A stretch of DNA of 64,000 bases. Source: an uncultured delta proteobacterium. Its GTDB lineage: Bacteria; Myxococcota_A; Polyangia; Polyangiales; Polyangiaceae. Positions 56,056 through 64,000 of the stretch are shown piece by piece (position 1 is the first letter of the stretch; each line of letters opens with the position of its first letter). The notes beneath the pieces are model-generated. The model was not told where the DNA came from and searched no databases. It saw only the letters and a program-made list of their open reading frames with translations. The stretch is taken from positions 1 to 64,000 of the forward strand of contig CAVQUB010000007.1 in assembly GCA_963716725.1 (NCBI GenBank), given 5' to 3'. The position numbers and the translations under genes are program-made.

Positions 56056-57688
56056 CCGATGTAGTCCTTCCAGCACTCGCTCGAACTCGCTCCCAGTCGA
56101 CGCCCTCGAAGGCCGCATCGACGGCCTTGTCGAGGTCGTCGGTCTCGACCAGCGACGCGCAGGTAGGTGTCGAGGATCGTGTCCCAGGCGTCGTTCCAGC
56201 AGCGCGCGCCCTTCTTGCCGGTGCGCAGGAAGTAGACCAGCGCCCCAGCCCTGGGCGTAGTTTCGTCCGACCGTCTCGGGGTCGTAGTACTGGCTGCGGT
56301 CGTAGCGCACGAACTGCTTCGAGCGGGACGTAGGTCTCGTCGCGGATCATGCCCTGGATCGTGCGCTCGCGCCAGTCGAAGGGCTTGAGCGTGAAGCGCT
56401 TGTTCTTGTACTCGTAGCCGCTGTAGAAGTCGCCCGTGCCCTCGTTGTACCAGTAGTGCGGCGTCAGGCTGCCGAAGAAGTAGAAGATGTACTGGTGGAA
56501 GGCCTCGTGGTTGAGCGTGGCCCAGGTGTCGCCGCGGCCGCCGACCGCCTTGTCGTCGTAGATCACCAGCTCCTTGTCGCTGGGGGACCAGTAGCCGGCC
56601 GACCCGCCCGGGCCGCCGTAGCTCATGTACTCGTCGGAGTCCTTGCACACGCGCACGACGCTGGTGCGCGAGAGCTCCATCGGATCGGCGCGCTCGGCGA
56701 CGGTGCGGCCCTCCTGCGCGTCGCCGTCGGCCCCGTCGGCCCCGCCCTCGTCCCCGTCGGCTCCGTCCTGGCCGTCCTTGCCCTTGGCGCCCTCGGCGCC
56801 CTCGGCAGCCTCGGCCTCGCGCCTGGCCGCGGCCGCGGCGCGCTTGAGCTCGACCGCCAGCGCCGGCGGGTAGGTCTCCTCGTAGACCTTGCGGACCGCC
56901 TCGAGGCGGTCCATCAGCTCCTCCAGGAACTCGCGGTCCTTGTTGGAGGAGAGCAGGAAGTAGTTCTCGGTCTCGTACAGCTCCCAGCCGGGCTGCTTGG
57001 CCACCTCGGCCAGGAGCTCGGCGCGCTTGCGGTCGCGCAGCGACATCGGGCCCGTGGCGGCCTCGAGCGCCTCGACCTCCAGCGGCAGCAGCGTGCCGCA
57101 GATCTTCTTGAAGGCGCGCTCGAACTTGCTCCAGTTCTTGCCCCCGGGGCCGTTGAACACCAGGGCCACGTCGATGTCGGGGTGCACGTGGTAGAGCGTC
57201 GCGAACAGCCCCACCTCGAAGTCGCCCAGCAACCCATTGAAGGTGTACTCGACCGTGTCGATCTTGTTGCTGCGGCCCTTGCTCTCGTCGGTCTTGCGCA
57301 TGCCGAAGGGCGACATGACCGCGTCGACCCATTCGGTCAGCGACTCGGCGCCCTTGAAGCGCGGCTGCTTGTCCTTGCCCGCGCCTTCGTCCGCCGCCGC
57401 CGGCCGGCGGTCGAAGGCCACGATCCACAGGGTGTAGTCCCAGGCCCGACCGCTCTTGGGGTCGACCAGGAACTGGCTCGAGGGCGAGGCGTACTTGCCG
57501 ACCAGGCCGATGTCGCCGGGCTGGGGCGGGACGAAGTCCCAGCCGTCCGGCGACTTGAACTTGAAGCCCAGGTCGACGGCGTCCTCGTACCACTGGCGGC
57601 CGGGCTTGGGCTGCTGGGCCAGGGCCTCGGAGGCGAGGCCGAAGGCGACCAGGGCGACGGGGGCGAGCAAGCGCAGCGGGCTGGTCAT
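56052..57688 (-). CDS. Secreted DUF1570-type zincin metallopeptidase-like protein (3' frameshifts)
   Basis: Signal peptide; ETENYF, AGYWSP, LNHEAFHQY (HExxH), WYNEGTGDF, NYAQGW..VYFL; GGAGA SD. Confidence 0.8.
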
Positions 57689-58050
57689 GGCGGGTCTCCA
57701 GGGCGGTCCGCGGCGGCACGCCTGGCCGCGCCCCGCTCGGGCCGGGCCACGCGCGCACGCCCGGGGTCGGCCGGCCCGGGGAGCGGCGGGCTCGCCAGCG
57801 ACTCCACGCAGGCCGGGCGTTCGTGACCCTTCCATCAGACAGGCTGGCGGCGCGGCCCGCAAGCGCCGGGCGCCCGCGGCTGCGCCGATGCGACGTTTCC
57901 TTTGCACGGCAATGCGGTCGGCCGGCCAACTCCGGCCGGGTCGCCGCGTACGCCGTCGAGGGCCTGGCACTCCGCGGACCTTCCCGTCGTTGGGAGCGCT
58001 GCCGGGCCCCCAGGGTCCCCCGATCCCATCCACGCTACCGTACTCCCACC

Positions 58051-61000
58051 ATGCGACCGCTCCATTCCGCGCTCGTCGCCGGCCTGCTCGCGCTCCTGTG
58101 CGTCGGCGGCTGGCTGCTCGTCCGTTCCTCCACCCAGCGCGTCGAGGTGGCCTCCGCGGCCCCGGCGGCAACGCACGGCGATCCGGCCGCGGGCGGCGAC
58201 GCCCAGCCGCTCCTGCGCGCTCCAGCCAGCGGCCCGAAGGCGTCGACCGGAACGCAGCGCGTGGCGTCGGAGGTCCCGCCGGAGCCGGCGCTCGACGAGC
58301 CCGCCGCGCCCGCGCGCGAGGGTCTGACCGTCACCGGGCGTGTCGTGGACTCGCAGGGGGAGCCCATCGCGGGCGCGCGCGTGCTCGCCGCCTCGAGCGG
58401 ATCCTTCGGGATGTTCGCCGGCCTCCCGCTCGACGTTCGCGGCGCGGGTACGGTCGGCTGGATGAAGCTGCGCGAGACGACCAGCCGCGGCGACGGACGC
58501 TTCGAGCTCGAAGGCCTTCGCCCCGGGAGCCTGCGGCTCGCCGTCCGCTCCCCGGGGCGGGTGCCGCTGGATGACGACGGCCGGGCCCTTCCTGACGAGG
58601 AGCGGGTCGACCTCGGCGACCTGCGCCTGGAGCCCAGCGTCCTGGTCGCCGGCCGGGTCCTCGACCCGCGCGGCGCGCCCGTCGAGGGGGCCGAGGTGCT
58701 GCGCCTCGCCAACCCCGCCCAGGTCGCCGTCGTGCGCTCGTTCTCGGCCAGCTCCGGCACGCTCGTCGCGCGCACCGCAGCGGACGGCAGCTTCGCGGTC
58801 GACGAGCTGGCGCCGGGCCCCTGGGCCCTGCGGGTCGAGACGCCCGACCATCCGCACGCCGTCGTCAGCGGCACGACCGCGCGCACCGGCGAGCGTGTCG
58901 AAGGCCTGGTCGTCGCGCTCGAGGCGGGCCTGGAGATCGCCGGCTCGGTGCGCGACCTGCCCGCCGGCGAGGCCCTGATCGTGCGCGCCTTGCCGCGCGG
59001 CGCCGGCCCCGAGCCGGACTTCGAGCCGCAGGAGGCGCCCGCGCCGCCGCCCGAGGCGCGCGTGGCCGACGTGGCCGCCGACGGCTCGTTCCTGCTGCGC
59101 GGCCTGCGCGCATCCGCTACCTACGAGCTCTCGCTGACGCGCAAGGACCGCGACGCAGGTCCCTTCGGCTTCTTCTGGTCGCCGGGTCTGGCGGCGCCGG
59201 TCAAGGCGCGCGCCGGGGAGCGCGGCGTCGTGCTGGTCTACCAGCCCGAGTCGGCGCTCGTGTTCCAGGCCGTCGACGCCCGCACGGGCACGCCGGTGGA
59301 GGAGTTCACCGTCGAGGCGGGCATCGACTGGCCATTGCCGCAGATGGACGACGGCGGCCGGCCGCTGCGCGCTCGGCCGGAAGGGCGAGCCCGGGTGGGC
59401 AACCTGCGACCGCGCTCGCCCTCCGACAAGGCCACCCTGAGGGTGGCGGCCGTGGGCTACGCGCCCTACGAGCTGAAGGACCTGGCGCTGATCCAGGGAC
59501 GGGACACCGACCTGGGCCTGGTGCACCTGGAGCCCCTGCCGCTGCTGACGGTGCGCGTCCTGGACGGCGCCAGCGCTGCGCCGCTGGAGGGAGCCAGCGT
59601 GACGCTCTCCGAGGTCAAGCCCGCGCGGCGGGGCGACTCCGGTGGGCGCGTGGAGATCAACATCGAGGCCGGGGACCTGGGCGGTGGGGAGGACCTGCTG
59701 ATGCCGGGGGACTCGAGCCGCCGGGCGCGCACCGACGCCGCGGGGCTGGCACGCCTGACGATTCCCGTCGGGGCGGCCTGCCGCTTGACCGTCAAGCACG
59801 ACGGGCATGCGCCCTGGCGCAGCGAGGTCTTCCCCGCGCCGACGGCCGCTTCCGAGCGCGAGGTGCGCCTGGGAGAGGGTGGACGCATCACGGCGCACCT
59901 GCTCGACGCCGCGGGCGAGCCCGTCGCCGGCGGCCGCGTCGAGCACCAGGGGCCCGGGGCCGACGGCGGCTTCGCCGCGACCTGGGGCCAGGAGGGCCGC
60001 GTGACCAACGCCCAGGGCGAGGTCGTGTTCGACCACCTCGAGCCCGGCACGCACCGCTTCCGCCGCGCGAAGGGCGGCGGCGGCGGGTTCTTCGCCGACG
60101 GCGGCGGGGCCGTCGCGATCCGCATGTCCGGCATGCCCGGCGAGGAGCGCGGCTGGGTCGAGGCGCTGGTCGGCGAGGGCGGCTCGGGCGACGTCGAGCT
60201 CCTGGCCCCGCTCGAGGTGGCCGTCGAGGGCCGGGTGCGGGAGGCGGGCGAGCCGCTGGCTGGGGCCACGGTCGAGCTCGCGCGGCGCGAGCCGGGCGGC
60301 GAGACCAGGCCGCGCCTGCCGATGCTGGGGGGCACAGGCCCGCGCGGGGAGACCGACGGCCAGGGCCGCTACCGTCTCGAGGGCGTCGAGCCGGGCGAGT
60401 ACACGCTGACGGTGCGCCACCCCACGCGCGCCATGCCGACCGAGCTCGACCTGCTCGTGCGCGAGGGCGACCTGCGCCAGGATGTCGAGCTCTCGGTCGC
60501 GATCGTCGAGGGTCGGGTGACCGATGCGGAGGGCAAGGCGCTGGCGGGCGTGCGCGTCCGGCCCGAGCGGGCGCGCCCGCGCGGCAGGCAGACCATGGTG
60601 CGCATGATGGCCTTCGCCTCGAGCGACGGCGGCGGCTCGATGATCTCGCTCGACGACGGCGGCTTCGCCTCGGTCCAGGCCCGCACCGACGCCGACGGTC
60701 GCTACCAGCTCCGCGGCGTCGCGCACGACGTTGAGCTCGAAGTCCACGCCGAGGGCAAGGGCCTGCAGCCCGCGCGCTCCAAGCCGTTCCAGGTCGCCCA
60801 CGACGAGGTGCGCCGCGGCGTCGACCTGCAGCTCGAGACCGCCGGCCAGATCGAGGTCCTGGCGCTGCGCGCCGACGGCAGCCCGGCCCGCAACCTGCTG
60901 GTGACGGCGACCTACGAGGGGCCGCTGGAGCGCAAGCTGGACCCGCGCACCGAGTTCGTCGGCGAGGAGGGCAAGCTCGTCATCGACGGGCTGACGCCCG

Positions 61001-61119
61001 GCACCTGGCGCCTGGCCACGCGCACGCTGGGCCCCGAGGAGGGAGGCGGCGAGATCCCCGAGCAGACCGTGGAGGTCCGGGCGGGCGAGACGACCCAGGC
61101 GCAGATCCCCGTGCCCTGA
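58051..61119 (+). CDS. Large membrane-anchored protein with repeated carboxypeptidase-regulatory-like (Cna-B/prealbumin-like) domains
   Basis: N-terminal TM helix; repeated GRVxDxxGxPxxGAxV...TDxxGRY/FxL units over about 1020 aa. Confidence 0.85.
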   Translation: MRPLHSALVAGLLALLCVGGWLLVRSSTQRVEVASAAPAATHGDPAAGGDAQPLLRAPASGPKASTGTQRVASEVPPEPALDEPAAPAREGLTVTGRVVDSQGEPIAGARVLAASSGSFGMFAGLPLDVRGAGTVGWMKLRETTSRGDGRFELEGLRPGSLRLAVRSPGRVPLDDDGRALPDEERVDLGDLRLEPSVLVAGRVLDPRGAPVEGAEVLRLANPAQVAVVRSFSASSGTLVARTAADGSFAVDELAPGPWALRVETPDHPHAVVSGTTARTGERVEGLVVALEAGLEIAGSVRDLPAGEALIVRALPRGAGPEPDFEPQEAPAPPPEARVADVAADGSFLLRGLRASATYELSLTRKDRDAGPFGFFWSPGLAAPVKARAGERGVVLVYQPESALVFQAVDARTGTPVEEFTVEAGIDWPLPQMDDGGRPLRARPEGRARVGNLRPRSPSDKATLRVAAVGYAPYELKDLALIQGRDTDLGLVHLEPLPLLTVRVLDGASAAPLEGASVTLSEVKPARRGDSGGRVEINIEAGDLGGGEDLLMPGDSSRRARTDAAGLARLTIPVGAACRLTVKHDGHAPWRSEVFPAPTAASEREVRLGEGGRITAHLLDAAGEPVAGGRVEHQGPGADGGFAATWGQEGRVTNAQGEVVFDHLEPGTHRFRRAKGGGGGFFADGGGAVAIRMSGMPGEERGWVEALVGEGGSGDVELLAPLEVAVEGRVREAGEPLAGATVELARREPGGETRPRLPMLGGTGPRGETDGQGRYRLEGVEPGEYTLTVRHPTRAMPTELDLLVREGDLRQDVELSVAIVEGRVTDAEGKALAGVRVRPERARPRGRQTMVRMMAFASSDGGGSMISLDDGGFASVQARTDADGRYQLRGVAHDVELEVHAEGKGLQPARSKPFQVAHDEVRRGVDLQLETAGQIEVLALRADGSPARNLLVTATYEGPLERKLDPRTEFVGEEGKLVIDGLTPGTWRLATRTLGPEEGGGEIPEQTVEVRAGETTQAQIPVP

Positions 61120-61178
61120 CGGGCGGCGGGCGGGGCGCGGCCGTCGCGCTTGCTCACGCCGCCGCTATGCTCTGCGGC

Positions 61179-62015
61179 GTGATCCAGCGCGCCTACGACG
61201 CCCTGCTGCTCGACCTCGACGGGACCCTGGTCGACGCCGAGGACGGGGTCCATCCGCGCACGCGCGAGGCCCTGGCGGCGGCGGTCGGGCTGGGGGTGCG
61301 CGTCCTGATCGCCACCGGTCGCTCGGAGCTGGCCACCATCCCGGTGCTGGAGGACCTGGGCCTGGAGGAGCCGGCGGTCGTCTTCAACGGGGCCGGCGTG
61401 TGGTGCCCGCGGCGGCGCGAGTTCCTCGAGGAGCGGGTGCTCTCCGACCGGGCCCTCGCGCGAGCCGTCGGCTACGGGCTCGAGCGCGGCCTCCTGACCG
61501 TGACGATGGGGGCGGGTCGCAAGCACGCCCTGCAGCCGCGCGGCGAGGTGGAGCGCCTGGCCCTGCACGAGATGACGGGGCTCTCGTTCGTCGAGCCGGC
61601 CGAGCTGCTGGGGCGACGTACGATCCGCGTGACGGTATTCTCCGACCAGCACGGGAGCTCGCAGGAGCTCGCCGACGACGTCGAGCGGGCCGTGGGCAGC
61701 CCGGTCTACCTGACGCACTTCCCGCTCAACGTGCTGCCGCACCACCGCGCGAGCGGCCTGCTCGTGGCCGACGTGCACCCGCCCTGCCGCGGCAAGGCCG
61801 AGGGCCTGCGGCTGTTGCGCGAGGAGCACGGCATCGACCCGCGCCGCGTGGTGGCGGTGGGGGACGCGAGCAACGACGTGCCGATGCTGCTGGGCGCCGG
61901 GCTGGGGGTGGCCGTCGAGGGCTCGATGCGCGAGGCGCTCGAGGCCGCCGACCGTGTCATCGGCGCGCCCGGGTCGGGTTCGATCGGCGCGCTGGTCGAG
62001 GAGCTCTACCTGTAG
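61179..62015 (+). CDS. Cof-type HAD hydrolase
   Basis: LLDLDGTL, IATGR, NGA, GKAEGL, VGDASNDVPML. Confidence 0.9.
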   Translation: MIQRAYDALLLDLDGTLVDAEDGVHPRTREALAAAVGLGVRVLIATGRSELATIPVLEDLGLEEPAVVFNGAGVWCPRRREFLEERVLSDRALARAVGYGLERGLLTVTMGAGRKHALQPRGEVERLALHEMTGLSFVEPAELLGRRTIRVTVFSDQHGSSQELADDVERAVGSPVYLTHFPLNVLPHHRASGLLVADVHPPCRGKAEGLRLLREEHGIDPRRVVAVGDASNDVPMLLGAGLGVAVEGSMREALEAADRVIGAPGSGSIGALVEELYL

Positions 62016-62027
62016 CCGGCGCCGGGC

Positions 62028-62390
62028 TCAGGCGGCGTCGCTGGAGGAGGGCTTGGGCTTGCCGCCCGACCCCGCGGCCTTGGAGTCGCTCTTGGACTCG
62101 GCCTTGGACTCGGCCTTCTCGGCCGGCTTGCCCTCGGCGGGCTTGTCGGCGGCTCCCTGCGCCTCGCCACCGGCGGTCTCGGCCTTGTGGGCCTTGCTGT
62201 AGGACTCCGAGCGATAGTCGGTCTGGTAGAAGCCCGAGCCCTTGAACAGGATCCCCGCACCGGTGCCGATGCGGCGCTGCAGCGTGTTGCGGCCGCAGCC
62301 GGGGCACTTGCGCTTGGGCCGGGCCGTGATCGACTGGAACAGCTCCAGCTCGGCCGCGCAACCGCGGCAGACGTAGTCGTAGGTGGGCAT
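62028..62390 (-). CDS. FmdB-family zinc-ribbon protein
   Basis: MPTYDYVCRGC...CPGCG...FKGSGFYQTDY with a low-complexity tail. Confidence 0.92.
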   Translation of the reverse strand: MPTYDYVCRGCAAELELFQSITARPKRKCPGCGRNTLQRRIGTGAGILFKGSGFYQTDYRSESYSKAHKAETAGGEAQGAADKPAEGKPAEKAESKAESKSDSKAAGSGGKPKPSSSDAA

Positions 62391-62393
62391 CCG

Positions 62394-62984
62394 TCAGCTC
62401 CCCTGGCTCTCCTCGCTCCCCGCGCCCGCCGGCGGCGCACCCTGGGGAGCGCGCGCGACGCGCACGTGGGCGAAGCGCAGCGCCTGGCCGCGCCAGGTGT
62501 AGCCGCGCCGCAGGGTGTCCACGACCTTGCCGGGCGCGACCTCGTCGGTCTCGACCGTGGCCACGGCCTCGTGCAGGGTCGGGTCGAAGTCGTCGTGATC
62601 GGGCATCGGCTCGACGCCCTCCTGGCGCAGCGTGTGCAGGACCTGGTCGCGGGTCAGCTCGACGCCGCGTGCCAGGGCACGGGCGTCGTCGCTCTCGGCC
62701 GGGCTGGACAGGGCCAGCTCCAGGTGGTCGACGACCAGCAGCATGCCGCTCAGCAGGCTTTCCAGGGAACGGCGCACGGCCGCCTCGACGTCCGCGGTCG
62801 TACGGCGCTTGAGGTTCTGGTAATCGGCGGTCGCGCGCTGCCAGCGCGTGAGGTACTCGTCGCGCTCGCGCTGCAGCGTGCCGGCGTCGGAGCCGGCGGC
62901 CGAGGCCTCCGCGCCGGTCGATGTCTCGGGCGCGGGCTGCTCCACCGCGCCGGCCTCCTCGGCCGTCTGGTCTCGTTTGGCCAT
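62394..62984 (-). CDS. grpE: Nucleotide exchange factor GrpE
   Basis: RATADYQNLKRR, VVDHLELAL, FDPTLHEAV, RRGY...LRFAHVRV. Confidence 0.93.
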   Translation of the reverse strand: MAKRDQTAEEAGAVEQPAPETSTGAEASAAGSDAGTLQRERDEYLTRWQRATADYQNLKRRTTADVEAAVRRSLESLLSGMLLVVDHLELALSSPAESDDARALARGVELTRDQVLHTLRQEGVEPMPDHDDFDPTLHEAVATVETDEVAPGKVVDTLRRGYTWRGQALRFAHVRVARAPQGAPPAGAGSEESQGS

Positions 62985-62988
62985 GGTC

Positions 62989-64000
62989 TCAGCTGAAGTA
63001 GTGGACGATCTTCTCGAAGAAGGACTGGTGCTTGCTCTCGCTGCTCTCGAGCTCGGCGTACTCGCGCAGCAGCTCCTTCTGGCGCTCGGAGAGCTTGCGC
63101 GGGACCTCGATGAAGGCGCGCACGAGCTGGTCGCCGCGCCCGCGACCCTCCAGCAGCGGCAGGCCCTGGCCGCGCAGGCGGAAGACCTTGCCGTTGGGCG
63201 TGCCGGCGGGGATGGTCATCTCGGCCCGTCCGCGCAGGGTCGGCACCTCGACCGTGTCGCCCAAGGCCATCTGCGCGAAGGACACCGGCACCTCGGTGAT
63301 CACGTCGGCGCCGTTGCGCTGGAAGATCCTGTGCTCGACCTCGCGTACCACGCAGTACAGATCGCCGCGTGGCGCGCCGGGTTGACCGGCGTCGCCGGCC
63401 TCGGGCACGCGCAGCCGCACGCCCTCCTCGATGCCGGCGGGGATTTCGATCTCGACCTCGGCCTTGTGGCTCTCGAAGCCGCCGCCGCGGCAGGTGGCGC
63501 AGGGCGACTCGACCACCTGTCCGGCGCCGTGGCAGCGCGGGCAGACCGTGGCCATGGTGAAGAAGCCCTGGCTGCGGTGGACCTGGCCGCGGCCCGCCGC
63601 AGGTGGCGCAGGCCGAGCGCCCCGTGCCCGGCCTTGGCGCCGCTGCCCTGGCAGGTCGCGCAGGGCTCCTGGCGCTTGAGCACGATGGTCCTGCGCGACG
63701 CCCTGGTCGATCTCCTCCAGGGTCAGGTCGAGCACGACCTTGAGGTCGCGCCCGGGGCGCGGTCCGCCGCGCGCGCGCCGGCCGCCGCCGAACAGATCGC
63801 CGAACACGCCGCCGCCGCCGAAGATGTCGCCGAAGGCGGCGAAGATGTCCTCCATCGTCGTCGAAGCGCGCCGCCGAACGCCGCCCTGCGCCGAAGGCCG
63901 GCGTGCCCGAACTGGTCGTACTGGCGGCGCTTGGCCTCGTCGCCGAGCACGCTCGTAGGCCTCGGCCGCCTCCTTGAAGCTGCTGCTCCGCCTCGCGCGT
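62989..64000 (-). CDS. dnaJ: Chaperone DnaJ (5' end beyond the window; frameshifts near 63600-63950)
   Basis: KRRQYDQFGHA, DIFAAFGDIFGGG, CxxCxGxG repeats, GDLYC, IPAGTPNG, GDQLV. Confidence 0.95.
   Translation of the reverse strand, partial: RARRSSSFKEAAEAYERARRRGQAPPVRPVRARRPSAQGGVRRRASTTMEDIFAAFGDIFGGGGVFGDLFGGGRRARGGPRPGRDLKVVLDLTLEEIDQGVAQDHRAQAPGALRDLPGQRRQGRARGARPAPPAAGRGQVHRSQGFFTMATVCPRCHGAGQVVESPCATCRGGGFESHKAEVEIEIPAGIEEGVRLRVPEAGDAGQPGAPRGDLYCVVREVEHRIFQRNGADVITEVPVSFAQMALGDTVEVPTLRGRAEMTIPAGTPNGKVFRLRGQGLPLLEGRGRGDQLVRAFIEVPRKLSERQKELLREYAELESSESKHQSFFEKIVHYFS

Noticed and set aside
57689..58050. Possible ncRNA in the 362-bp divergent spacer
   Set aside because: No tRNA, SRP, tmRNA, 6S or riboswitch hallmarks recognised. 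The GC-rich stems are unremarkable, and divergent promoters suffice to explain the spacer.
54587..58171. 1194-aa ORF suggesting one giant DUF1570 protein
   Set aside because: Read-through caused by frameshifts. Two genes with an ATGA overlap at 56052-56055 explain the motifs.
57835..60801. 988-aa antisense ORF (likewise 47008..49560, 31244..32815 and 8568..10130)
   Set aside because: Shadow ORFs opposite real genes. They are expected at very high GC3 and carry no family motifs.

Overview
High-GC bacterial DNA, densely coding, with no rRNA, tRNA, CRISPR array or mobile element that I can recognise. It looks like an error-prone long-read or metagenomic consensus: many genes carry single-base frameshifts in patches, while other stretches are clean. 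The window appears to join two genomes. Bases 1 to ~6030 encode Acidobacteriota (Vicinamibacterales)-style proteins and end in a MalY/PatB gene cut just after its PLP-lysine motif. From ~6050 the content is Planctomycetota-style (inferred). That part holds a TPP riboswitch with thiC, an Aas-like enzyme, two ECF sigma factors, an ASPIC/UnbV protein, a DprE2/DprE1-like pair, apaH, a NatAB-like exporter and lepB. It also holds an iodotyrosine-deiodinase homolog, a class II photolyase, lpxB, a 3-hydroxyproline catabolic trio, trkA/trkH, tandem DUF1570 zincins and dnaJ-grpE. The most interesting signals are: (1) a 42-aa Lys/Arg-rich protein, absent from the ORF track, with its own promoter, leader hairpin, SD and terminator, a candidate lineage-specific ribosomal or nucleic-acid-binding protein; (2) pervasive leaderless-type TANNNT-N6-10-start architecture; (3) a secreted cyanophycinase homolog lacking its catalytic triad; (4) a 33-aa membrane peptide behind a structured leader; (5) an internally deleted trkH relic. 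All family calls come from motif recognition by eye, not database searches.
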